A stretch of DNA of 64,000 bases, from the NCBI GenBank assembly GCA_048128005.1, contig JBEUKZ010000006.1, forward strand, positions 1 through 64,000, given 5' to 3'. How positions within the stretch are numbered: position 1 is the stretch's first letter; every line of letters begins with the position of its first letter. Both the position numbers and the translations under genes were made by a program. Shown here piece after piece: positions 42,978 to 56,000 of the stretch. The DNA is from Veleropilina oligotropha (lineage: Eukaryota). The notes beneath the pieces are model-generated. The model was not told the DNA's origin. It ran no database searches and saw only the letters and a list, made by a program, of their open reading frames with translations.

Positions 42978-43342
42978 TTCAAGTTGAACTCCTCCCAGAC
43001 GCTTTGACCTAGGACCTTCAAACTTTGGGGGGTTAATCGGGGTCCCCCAAGGAAGGTTTACCACGAAAAAAATCTTAATATAATGGAGCTATAATTGTAT
43101 GTGTGTGTGTCTGTCTGTCTGTCTGTCTGTCTGTTTCAAGTTGAACTCCTCCCAGACGCTTTGACCTAGGACCTTCAAACTTTGGGGGGTTAATCGGGGT
43201 CCCCCAAGGAAGGTTTACCACGAAAAAAATTCGGAAAATTCGGGAAAAAAAAAAATTATTTAAGGGAGCACTATCCAAAAAAAAAAAAAAAAAAAAATGG
43301 GGGTGGGGGGACTTACCCGGCGGAGACGGGTACCATTGCTAG
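42908..43342 (+). mobile_element. Canonical non-autonomous Helitron with a tandemly duplicated 5' portion
   Basis: A|TC...CTAG|T termini, subterminal hairpin acccg...cgggt, (tctg)n tract, and a direct duplication of the first ~165 bp. Confidence 0.85.
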
Positions 43343-43520
43343 TTTTAGCAATAATTGTTGTGTCAATACATTTAAATTTGTCCCTCTCATTGCTTGAAGG
43401 CTCGAGAGAGAATCTGAATCTATTATAAAATGGTTTTAACACTGTCAGGATAAAATCAAATGCTAAATCAATTGATTTTAATTCAGATGCAAATACAGTG
43501 GCGCTATCCGACAGACGGAT

Positions 43521-46500
43521 CAATCAATCAATCAATCAAATTTATTTTTCCATAACATGGTACATTCTGGTTATATACACAATTACTATACGTACATACT
43601 CTAATATATCAACAAACCGTAAATATATATTATATAACTATAAATACATTTGCATTCATACATTAAATATAAACATGTTATGGATGGGTGCCTTGGGAAA
43701 CCCTTGCGAGCTTATGTGAGAAGGCACCCGGAGGTAATAGATATTTTATTTAATCATTTTTGCAAAATATATGAGAGAAAATAATAATTAAATCTATATT
43801 AATGCCTGATTGTGAGGGTTATTTGATATTTGTAAACAATAGTCTTTAATATAATTTTAGTAGATGCCTTTTGTAGTGCTTTTTAAAAGTGAATATTGAT
43901 GTTGATCTTTGCAGTTTTATATCTAACGAGTTCCATAATCTTGGTCCACGATATTTTAAAGAGAATAATCTGGTGTTTGTCCGACAATAATTTATATGAA
44001 ATTTATCTTTATTTCGAGTGTTATAATTGTGGAGTTCTGAATTGACTTGAAAATAACCTGAGAACGATATAGGTAAATCATTGTTATAAAATTTGTACAT
44101 AAATATTCCAATCTGTAGATTGTTCATATCATAAATGTTTAGTAGGTTTTGCTTTTTGTAGAGAGGTGCAGTATGTTCTAAAAAGCCAGAATTGGTAATT
44201 ATTCTTACTGCTCGCTTTTGAAGTAAATACAATTTTGTCAATCTCGATCTATATGTACTTGCCCATACTATATTACAATAGTCAAAGGTAGGATCAATGT
44301 GTTATATAACGTAGGCAGTATGTTGGATGGCAGAGAGCGTCGAACTTTATACAAAACACCAATATTTTTTGAAACTTTGTTTTCTATATCTTGTATATGA
44401 TACTTCCATGATAGATTGTAATCTATGGTTACACCTAAAAATTTCGTTTGGCTAACGTTTTTGATTTTATGTCCATCTATGATTATCCCATTATTATTTA
44501 AGTTAATTAACTTTTGTTTATTTCGAAATATCATGAAATTAGTTTTCTTAATGTTTAAAGATAATCTATTCATTTGAAACCATAAGCTGATATTCAGCAA
44601 CTCGTTGTTAACAATTTTTATCATCTCATCTACATATTTGTGGCTAAAAAATATATTTGTGTCGTCTGCAAATAGTATAAATTGGAGTAAATCTGATGTT
44701 TTATCCAAGTCATTGATATAAATAATAAAAAGTAACGGGCCGAGAATTGAGCCCTGCGGGACACCGCATGTTATATTTAGTAATTCAGATTTTATATTGT
44801 TTGCTGTTACATACTGTGAGCGATTTGATAAATAATCGCCAATCAGCCTTAAAGGTAGAACACGGATACCGTAATGATTTAATGTCTGAAGAAGCAGCCT
44901 ATGGTTTATTGTATCGAAAGCTTTCGACAGATCGAGAAAAATGCCTATTGTAAAATCGTTATTGTCAATTGATTGCGAAATATGATCAATGAGAGCCATA
45001 GATGTTGAATGCTTTTGTCGGAAACCGAATTGGTTATTGTATAGAATTTTATTTGAATTAAGATAATTTAGTAGCCTATTGTAGATGACCCTTTCAAATA
45101 TTTTGGAGAATACAGGCAATACGGATATTGGTCTGTAGTTACAGTATTTAGAAGAATCTTCATTTTTGAATATAGGAGTGACTTTTGCAATTTTCAATTT
45201 ATTTGGAAAAACACCAGAACAAATACTTTTATTAATAGTTTCGGTTAGAGGTAATACTATATTAGATGCTGTCTGTTTTACCACATTTGGTGAAATATCA
45301 TCATATCCACAACTTTTTCCGGATTTGAAACTCTTTATAATTTTACATATTTCGTCTTCGGTAACATGAGTAAGGTAGATTGATCCTTTGTAGTTTTCTG
45401 ACATGAATTTTAAGATATCAGTATCTGTTGTTGGAATTTTGGAATCTAAATCGGGTCCAATATTAACGAAATATTCGTTGAAGTTGTCTGATATTTCCTT
45501 TTCGTCAGTAATTATTGTGTTGTTAGATTCAAATTCATTTGGTAGATACTTTGTTTTATTCGATTTATTTATTACTTGTTTGATAATGCTCCAAGTTTTT
45601 TTCAGATTATATTTTGTGCCTGCTAATAAATTTCCATAATAGTGTTTTTCAGAGATCTTCAATAAATGTTTTAATTTATTTTTGTACTTTTTATAATTTT
45701 CATTTGCAGATAATGTTTTCTTTTGTAAATATTGTTTGTATAGCTTGTTCTTTCTTTTGCACGATTTAATAAGTCCAATGGTTAGCCAGGGTTTATGTGT
45801 TACTTTTTTGTATTTTACTCGTTTCATGGAAAAACATACATCATATAGGTTTTTGTATTTTTGTATGAAGATGTTATATGAATCGTTCACATCGTATTCA
45901 AATTTGACATCGGTCCATTTGGTTTCAGAAAGTTTGTTATTAAAAGTATCGATATTCTGCTGAGATTGACATCTTTTATATTTAACCGTTAGCGCTTTAT
46001 TTTTTATATGTTTTAGGTTTGTGATCTGAAATACTGGCACTGATGTCGGTATATAGAATGCCAGCCTCAATTCGTTGCAATATAACGTTAGTAAATATAT
46101 TATCTAACAGAGTCGCGGAGTGTCGAGTTATTCTTGTAGGTTTAGTTATTAGCGGATATAAAGAGAATGACATCATGCTATTTAAATAATTATTAGTGGC
46201 ATCATGATTTTCACAATTTAAAAGATCAAGGTTGAAGTCACCGGCAATATAGCATCTTTTGTTTTCGTTATTAATTTTTGTCAGTATTATACCAAGACAT
46301 TCCTGAAATCTATCAATGTCATGATTTGGCGGTCTATGCACCACGCCTATACAACAATATTCCGATCATTTTCCATGTCAAGTTCAAGAAATAGCGATTC
46401 AAATACTGTTTCATCAAAGAAACTGAGGTCATCTCTAGTTTTGAATTTTATATTTTCGCGAGTGTAAATTCCAACACCCGCGCCTTTGGAATTCAACCTT

Positions 46501-47363
46501 GATGAGAAAGTTTCATGATAGTTCTCAATACCAAATATGTCGTGGTTGTTTTTAGTCAGCCATGTTTCTGTAACTGCAATAATGGAAAAGTTATGGTCTA
46601 ATATATTAATATATTGCGTGAGATCATTGAATTTTTTTTCCCGACTCCTGCAATTAAAGTGAGTAATTGAAAAATTGTCATTAAGCTCGTTCTGCTGTGT
46701 TAATTCATTAAATTGATCTGCGACCATATATTTACATGTTGTATTTATTGCAGTATTATAAAAATTATTGTCTGAATCAATGTCTTCATTATTGAGGTTA
46801 AATTTATTACTAATGATAGAAAATGGATTAAACTGTAGCTGCTTCAATTCGTCTATATTTATTTTGTCAGGAAGTTGTGAATAATTTGTCATTATTTGGA
46901 ATTCTTCATCATCGATAATATTATTAAAAGGAAATATATTTACGGAACACGCAATACAAATCCAGTTAGATTTTGGCGGTTGAAATCGTTGATAATCTTG
47001 TATAGTCAGATTTGTACATGTTATGTGTGTCCTTTGTTTGCCAATGCTACAATAAAGACTGTTACTAGTAAGCTTAACCCTTTTTAAACATACTGAACAA
47101 GATCTACTGCGAAAGGTGTCTGTCATGAGAAATATAGTAACTGAACAAAAATTAACAAATAAACGTAGGCTATAAAAACTATCAAAAGATTGCCTTTTTA
47201 AAGACAATATAGAATTATGTGGAGATCATAAATAAATAATGACATGTTAGGAACGCTAACTGTGATTAGAAGAAGGAATAATAATGATTTACTATATAAG
47301 CATAAATTAATGAATGTCTACGTTAAAGATGTTAGAAGGTTATCGATGTTGCAACCTGGATAA
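43521..47363 (-). mobile_element. L2/Crack-like LINE with PHD-APE-RT ORF2, disrupted by a few stops and frameshifts
   Basis: PHD-like CSVC...C...H..C...W.C..C, then NCRS, VTETWL, GDFN, LLDNIF, NYRPISVLP, FADDTN, HNYNTR. Tail aataaa plus (ttga)n. Flanking 8-bp direct repeat agacggat. Confidence 0.92.
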
Positions 47364-49161
47364 AGACGGATTTTTTGCCCGTTTTTTGTCAAGGCGATAA
47401 CTTTCCTAAAACAGTGTCTGCCGGTAACAGTCGCAGTACCCACACGATCTCCATCCTTTGAACCATTAGTGTATATGCTTATTCTCTCAGAATATTTTAG
47501 TTTCAAATCATTTAGTTTAGATACGTATGTAGTTATGTCTATGTCTGATTTTTAAGTTCTCTAAGCTGAAAGTCGATTATTGGTGCTATTAGTGTCTATG
47601 GTGGTCTATCCGAAATATAATTTAATTCAATTAGATCTAAATGCCTGAATTTTCCAAAGCTGGTTTTATGCGGATGCCAAATGGTGGAATTGCTTTAGGT
47701 TTTGCCTGAAATTGATTTTCGTAATTTGGTGAGAAAACTGTTTCGAAAGCTGGGTTGGATGGATTTGATTTTAATTTGATAGCATATTGTAGTGACAATG
47801 TTATGTGTCTATTTATTAAGTGATGGTTCATTTGCATCGACGTGGGGCTTTCCATGGGTGATGTGCGGAAGGCCCATAGAGAAAGCCGAAGCCCATTGTT
47901 ATGGATGAGATCCAGTGTTTTGAGGTACGACTGTCGAGCAGAGTCATATACAATGTTTCCATAATCAAGTTTACTTCGAATTAATGCTCTATACAATCTT
48001 AGTAAAACTCTCCTGTCAGCACCCCAATCGGTATTACAAACGACTTTCATATAGAGCCCTATGGCATATTTTATGTGAGGAAAATGCTCAGTTTATGGTC
48101 AAATATCAGGTCTAAACATTTAAATTGATCTTCTTTTTTATCTCACCGAGGAGCTAAGTCCCCGATATCTTAGGGCCGAACGGGTAATTTATCGATAAAC
48201 CAACGGCACATAGTGCCTACTTGGCAGACAGAAATGCCTAACTGCAATGGGCTAAAAGCAACTAAAACGTTGATTCCATACAAACATATAGACAACATAC
48301 ATTTTGGTCAAAAAAACAATAGAAAGCAAAAGCCAATAATGTGACCAAAGTGTCAAAAATAAAAAAATGACCAAAGTATCACAAACAATATATATATATT
48401 TAAGCCATGCTGTAGTTTCGTTCGATACTGTTCATATTAGTATAACAAATGCCGAAATCATCAACAAATAATGAACAGTCTGTATTGGCACTAATACACT
48501 TCACAACACTGTTAATTTTAATGCTGAATAGGGTGACTGATAAAATACTTCCTTGAGGGTCACTCATATCCTGGTCGTTGGAATCGGAGAGGGTCTCGCC
48601 CACCTTATAGTGCTGTAGCTCCGGATTACAGCCGCTGACCTCTCCCGTCAATACATAGCCTATCCTCAACCAAGACTCCTTCGCGGTCTCCCAGCAGTCA
48701 CTCATGGATACGGGTACCTCGCTGTTCGGGGATAGCGTGTATGAGATATCGGAGCTATATGGTCCCAGAGGTGCTGTGTTATGGCCCACCGGTATGTGGA
48801 TACGTCCTGGCACACCACCAGCCATGGTTAAATGGCAAAATCGTTACTATAGTGTGGACGATGGATGCTGATATCGATGGAAATTGTATACCATTTTTCA
48901 CTTGGTGAAGCGAAATGTCTACGGAATAATCCGAACCTACTGGACGACAGTAGATCCAGCACCCGACCCGTGTTTATCATGCTCGCAGGCGCAATAAAGA
49001 CAGACGATATAAGTGATGAAAACTCTGACATAAAACCATGCTATATGAGTTGCCGCCACAGTAATTACCAGCAACAGAAAAGTTATGATGGCACGCAATC
49101 TCAACACCAGGGGAGGAACCACCGATTCACACGAATCGAATGATGTTGTATATATATATAT

Positions 49162-50134
49162 ATCAAACTCGCTAGGGAGGTGTGTAACGGAAAATGGTGG
49201 TAACAAACTCGCTAGGGAGGTGTGTAACGGAAAATGGTGGTATCAAACTCGCTAGGGAGGTGTGTAACGGAAAATGGTGGTAACTCGCTAGGGAGGTGTG
49301 TAACGGAAATTGGTGGTAACTCGCTAGGGAGGTGTGTAAAGGAAAATGGTGGTAACTCGCTAGGGAGGTGTGTAACGGAAAATGGTGGTATCAAACTCGC
49401 TAGGGAGGTGTGTAATGGAAAATGGTGGTAACTCGCTAGGGAGGTGTGTAACGGAAAATGGTGGTAACTCGCTAGGGAGGTGTGTAACGGAAAATGGTGG
49501 TAACTCGCTAGGGAGGTGTGTAACGGAAAATGGTGGTAACTCGCTAGGGAAGTGTGTAACGGAAAATGGTGGTATCAAACTCGCTAGGGAGGTGTGTAAC
49601 GGAAAATGGTGGTATCAAACTCGCTAGGGAGGTGTGTAACGGAAAATGGTGGTAACTCGCTAGGGAGGTGTGTAACGGAAAATGGTGGTAACTCGCTAGG
49701 GAGGTGTGTAACGGAAAATGGTGGTAACTCGCTAGGGAGGTGTGTAACGGAAAATGGTGGTAACTCGCTAGGGAGGTGTGTAACGGAAAATGATGGTAAC
49801 TCGCTAGGGAGGTGTGTAACGGAAAATGGTGGTAACTCGCTAGGGAGGTGTGTAACGGAAAATGGTGGTAACTCGCTAGGGAGGTGTGTAACGGAAAATG
49901 GTGGTAACTCGCTAGGGAGGTGTGTAACGGAAAATGGTGGTAACTCGCTAGGGAGGTGTGTAACGGAAAATGGTGGTAACTCGCTAGGGAGGTGTGTAAC
50001 GGAAAATGGTGGTAACTCGCTAGGGAGGTGTGTAACGGAAAATGGTGGTAACAAACTCGCTAGGGAGGTGTGTAACGGAAAATGGTGGTATCAAACTCGC
50101 TAGGGAGGTGTGTAACGGAAAATGGTGGTAACAA
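49162..50134 (+). repeat. 36-bp minisatellite with 40-bp variants (~26 copies)
   Basis: Unit aactcgctagggaggtgtgtaacggaaaatggtggt. Confidence 0.96.
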
Positions 50135-50169
50135 AGAGGACATAATGTTTGAACTAATATTTGAAATAA

Positions 50170-52115
50170 TGTTTTGAAAATATCTACACTCAATGTTAGA
50201 ACAATAAGAGAAAACCACCTAAGAAAGGAACTGGCATCCAACTGTATAAGGCAAAATATCGATGTGATACTCAGCATAGGAATCCAAGAACATCGGATAG
50301 AGCTCGAGGAGGAAATACGATATGAATCTATCCAAGATAAAACTCAGCTTGGCACAACACGGCTGGAGAAGCTACCTGTGGGGTCGGTGTTCATCTGAAT
50401 ACAACAGATAACGAGGAGCTATACGATGTCATTTGCTGCATTGGGGGGATTCTAGCGGTGAACTTTTGAGATAGCCCTGCAAACACCATCATTATAACAT
50501 ACTGTCCAACAAACACAGTCGATTATGATACAACAAAACATACTATGGGAAGATTCAATGAGTAATAATTGAATCTATACCATCCCACAATAAGCTCATC
50601 GTGACTAGAGACTTCAATGCACACATCGGGAAAGAGGGTGTCAATTTCAGTTTTCGCAAAACAACAAATCTCAATGGGAAAATGACTTCGCCACAGAAAA
50701 GAATCTTGAAGGAAGGAAAACGATGGACTCACATTGGGCCATGGAGCAATGAAACTCATATTGATTTTATTCTTGTCACCAAAGAGTGGAGAAATAGCAT
50801 CCTGAATGTGGAACCATTCAACAGTTTTGCCAGTGTTAGCTTGGACCATCGGATTGTATCTGCAAGTGTGCGGCTTACGCCTGTATTCGGAAAGCTCACT
50901 CCAATGAGGTTGGCTCAATGAAGGTTGGAAAGTAAGTGAAAAGGTCGACCTCGTCATCAATGAGGTTTTCCTCACACAGCCCTTTTTGTGCATTTGCTCT
51001 TCACAGACGTTACCGGTACTCCAGTTTCGCTCAGCCTAGGCCGACATCGCTGTGTACCGCATAAATGAGAGCAATTGTTCATGTTGATCCGTGCTTATTG
51101 TGCATAACGGGAGCTCGTAAGATGTTCGTTTAGCTACATGGCTAGCAGGTAATATACCTTTCCGTAGTAGGAAAATTTGGTTTGACCGAAATAGTCAATC
51201 AACATAAGGATAATTTGGAAAATAAGAAACACGATTGTGGATGAATTAAGATGAAAACCGATATGTGGAATGTTTCAACGGAAAAGTTCAATAGACAGCA
51301 GCATAATCAGCATACCCTAGCAGGATCTCATTAATACAACCATGTCCTCAAATTCTTCCCACAAACGACTGTTATCAAAATGTTGGGTGTCATGCACTCT
51401 TCTGGGCCAACTAGCTACAATACGTCTCTAAAACTTTTACGCTGTAGGTAAAACTTCCTGGTTATCTGAAAAATGGATGAACCTATTCTTCAAATTCGCT
51501 ATGACGCGCGAAAAACGTTTTATTATTTTACTGAAAGACACATATCGAAACATGTTAATTGAAATGGTTATTCTCAACGTGACAAAAATTGTATATCTTG
51601 AGATACGACATGCCACGGTCATTGTGTGGCTCCAAATCTGGTAGCAAAAGGCCCAAAATTTCGTGAAAGGTCCCTTGGTTGTAATCGAAATTATTCACTC
51701 TAATATTGTCACATTTTGCATTAATTTCCATTCCATTTTTCCATTTCAATGCCACATTGCTGCGTGGACAATGACGTGGGTGAAGCTCGAGGCAGGATTA
51801 CCGGTTCATAAAGCTTTCTCAAAAGTATCTACTAGCGTGAGGTTGAGGAAGGTTTACGAATTGTAAACATGGTGAAATCGACCTTTTCCATTTGAAGTTG
51901 ACCTTACACTCATTGGGTATAAGTCAATATTACTCAGAAAGAGGTCAACCTTAATGAGTGTGAGTCGATGAAGGTTTCTGAATACGGATGTTAGTCTTAG
52001 AAAGAGTAAAATAACTCCAAGATGTCAATATGAGTGGGAAATTTTGCAAAATGACCAAGAAATGTAGCAGGCATTTACAATCGAAGTTAAAAACCAGTTC
52101 AACCGTTTGTAGAAG
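50170..52115 (+). mobile_element. RTE-like LINE endonuclease remnant, interrupted at about 50880-51990
   Basis: ISTLNVRT, GIQEHR, DFNAHIG, IDFILV, DHRIVSA; resumes near 51995 with LRKSK...FTIEVKNQFNRL. Confidence 0.75.
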
Positions 52116-53061
52116 ACCTACGAGTAATTGAAGCCAGATAAAAGACGGAGATTTCACATGTCGCATACCAGTGGTACCCATGAGTACAACCGGCTTGAAT
52201 ACGAGTCATAAAATCAAGATCTAGGTGAGAGAAGTTGAGACGACAAATGTCGTATGTAGGCATGTCAAGAGCTGGGCACTGATAGATGACATCATCGGAC
52301 GAAAAACATGCAAGTTGATGGATAGGGCGCAATCGTCAAAGATAGTCAATGCCAACAGTACTTGGAGTAAAAGCCGCCTACGGTAAAGTAAGCAAATTAA
52401 TTTCATTTTAAAGTACATATAATAATTTTTCATCTGTTTGAATATCACACACACTTTCAATACATTTTATAACAGGTTAGATTCAAAATATTTCGCATAT
52501 TTCATAATATTTCTAAATATAAGATCTTATTTCAAAATACCCGCTATTACAGGTTTATTAGGTGTGAAAAATATTTTATGACTAGGATTATATTTGCATA
52601 CGTGCTCAACGTGATGCGTAGGCCAGTATATTTCTGGTGATGATATCATACCTATAGGGCCTTGTGTCACCTGTTATATCGCTCCGCTGTCTTCTGAATA
52701 ACGCATGCGGCAGCTATACGTCTCAATGTGAACCAGGTGCGAGTACATGTCAAGAGTTCACTCTGCTGCTGCCACGAGGCAGAGCCGCCGCACGCTTATT
52801 TGCCTTGCCAGTCGTCAAGTGCAAGGCCTCGAACCCGTCAGGTTTGGAGGGCAATCGTACGTCAAAGCAAACACCACGCACGATGATGCAAACACATTGC
52901 AGTCATCAAGGGCAGAAGCCATGCGCGGCGTATAAACTATCTGAGATTCGCCAAGAAGTGGTCACTTGGAAACAGTTGCCAAAGGAGGACTGTCCGAAAT
53001 TTGGATATACCGATACGTCGTTGAAAACATCTAAATCCAATACGTTACTAAAAGAGTCGAG

Positions 53062-56000
53062 ATGACTGCCATGCAATGCCCACCAGGCATGGGGATACCC
53101 AACCCTTGCCTTAACTACGACGGATGGGTTCCGATATATTCAGGTAAGCAACATAGAAAGATTACAGTAAATTGTTTCCAACAAAAGGGTGAAGCATTCT
53201 GACGTGCATAAATTGGTAAGACCAATCCGTATAACTCATGTTATCATAATATCTTAAGTATGTTGACGACAATTTAGGTTGAATCGACATGACCTATAAG
53301 AGTTTTATTGGTGAATATTAATAATAAGCAAAGATACCTTTGCGTAGCTAGTCTTACTTGTTCCAGAAATGCATTCTGATATCTTGCTGTTGGGTAACAT
53401 CAAGTAGTTGTCTCTTTTATTCTATATTAACATAACAAATTAATAACTAAAAGTATAGTTTAGACTCGACGCATTTGTTTAGAGAATTGTCTGTTCATAA
53501 TACTTGCAAATTAATTTAGTTTTGCAAAGCATATACCAATTTATCATATATCATAAGAAATGTTACTTTCTTTATTGAAAATGTTCATTATAAGGGGATG
53601 ATCATTATCCATTTGGTACTTTCATCAATTTGTTGCAAATATTATGTGTCTGATAGTTTTTACACCAATTATTGTACATGTTAAAACTTTTTGAATTCAA
53701 AATATTAGATCATAATCTATAACGTCTATGTGCCATCATAGCTCATATATAGCTACACCATTTTGAAACCTGATGTCGAAGGTATATCATTGATTTTTTT
53801 CTCTAATTCTCCCAAAAAGCATACCGTAATGCACCATGATGAAAATTAGGGGGAATGTTGACAGTCATGTGTTTGTGGTTTAAATTTAATGTTGTTTTGT
53901 GCCTAGAAAATAGAAAGCAGAAGGTTGTAATAAATGGGATTATGTTATAGTGGAAGCCGGCATGAAGTGGAGTTCTGCAAGGCTCTGTTTTGGGTCCATT
54001 GCTGTTTCTTATCGCTGTTTCGCATCACCATTACATCTCAAGTAAAGACAATCGCCGGTGATACCAATATGTACAGATCTATTGAAACTGAAGAAGATAA
54101 ATTACAACAAACTACAAAGCAACAAAATAAATTGCTAAAGTGGTCTGGTGATTGGCAAATGCTTTTCTACGGCAGTAAAATATACGGTTATACAAGTGGG
54201 TTATAACAGCCAATACATATAATTATAAAATAGGTTAACAATTTAGATACTTTTGAAGTAGTGAAAAAAGAAAAATATTTGTTAAAAAGACGTTTAAACC
54301 ACCAAATCAATGTGCAGAATCAGCCAAAAGAGAATTCAAATATTAGAAATGATAGACAAACTTTAATTTTAATCCAAAACCACCATAATACACAAGCAAA
54401 TGGTTAGGCAACAATTAGAATATGCAAGCATGTAGTCGATATATAGAACAAATGCAAAGAAAAGCTACAAAATTGATAGTTGAATATAATAAGAGCACTT
54501 AACCTCACAACATTATGATTCAAGTGTTTCGGGTAAAATCGTAACAGGAAAAGACAATGTTGATAGTAGTTTCTGCTTTCAAATGAACCAAACGTACACC
54601 AGAGGGCATAAATATAAACGTACACCAGGGTGGGGGGGGGGGGGGCATAAATATAAACGTACACCAGGGGGCATAAATATAAACGTACACCAGGGGGCAT
54701 CAATATAAGCTTTACAAAAATGTCACGACAGACAAATCGGGTTGTAGGTGAATGATATAATCTTCATAGTAATGCAGTAGCATCAACATATGTACACCAA
54801 TTTAAAAATCACTTAGTTGAGCATTTTAAGACGCAGAGCAGGTTATACATGACAAGGCAATTAAATGGGTTTTATATGAGTAACAGTAAGACAAAAGGAT
54901 ACAACTGCTGCTGGAATTAACTTTTGCTTTTAAGGTAACTGTTGAAACAATGTTACATTTACCAACAGGTTACTATCATGTGCGTTTTTACCTTTCATAT
55001 AATATCAAATAGGGCAATACGTCAGACTGTCAGACTTATTCCAAGAACAATGGTTTCGTGAATCAGTCGTTTTGTGGAGGCCTCGTCCACGTGGCCGACC
55101 ATGTTCGACCTAGTTGACGTGCCCTCTAAAACGTTTGCTTCATTAAGTAGTTATTTTTGCTTCGGTACAATGTGTAGATTCACGCTGCTAGTGCAAAGAT
55201 CATGTTGTCAGCAAAGGTCGGGGAATTACGCGGACAAACATCGTAGGTTCGATGCCGGGGTACCAGAGCGCTGGGATCGTGTTGTCATTGGCGGTTCAGG
55301 AATTACATGGACAAACAAATGTGGTCTGACGTGTGGAGACCAGAGGTCAAAATAAGTGTGCACAGATGACATACGGAATCCGCAGGTTAAACATACTTCA
55401 CTGTTACCTTGTTTGACTGAACGGTGAGCACGGTACAGTCGCATCGATTGCTGACAATCACGTGTTCATGCGGACAACGGAGTTATTAATGGATATGTTT
55501 ACATTCGCACAATCTCGAAATTGCAACAAAAAATAAATATATTCTTATGAGAGCACCTGTAATTTGTCGTTATGTGAAATGTAATGCGTATGTGGACGGG
55601 CGAATATTACATGTACGTTTGTCCTTCGTTAAAGAATCGGTATCATATCAATCATCTTTCGACAATGAGATAAACGTATAGTTAACACATTTAAACGGTA
55701 TATATTTTTAGCTTTCTTCAAGCCTCGGACTATACATTCCATTGATGGAAAATTACGCAAGATTCATTTGTTTATTTTAAACACACAGCTCGGATAGTCT
55801 CTCTCACCAACAAGAGGCAGCACATCACTCCGGTTCTAAAGGCGCTACATTGGCTACCAGTGAAGGCGAGAATCGAGTACAAGCTGTTATCTATAACGTA
55901 CCAGTGTATTGACAATACAGCCCCCGATTACCTGTCTGACCTTGTAACTGAGTATGCGCCAGGCAGAAGCCTCAGATCTGAGAATAAAAAACTGCTCGTT

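Larger units (their letters stand above)
42600..48600 (-). mobile_element. Decayed I/Nimb-like LINE (RT plus RNase H) interrupted by younger insertions
   Basis: In order on the minus strand: PQGSILSVTLF/FVDD (~48500), WGADRRVLLRLYRALIRSKLDYG (~48000), IYTNGSK (~47470), SATVFASEL (~43490), WQ...NKLQ and LTRLR (~42700). Confidence 0.85.

Noticed and set aside
55074..55444. Short ORFs on both strands in intron 1
   Set aside because: No recognisable domain or compatible splice sites; more likely regulatory sequence.
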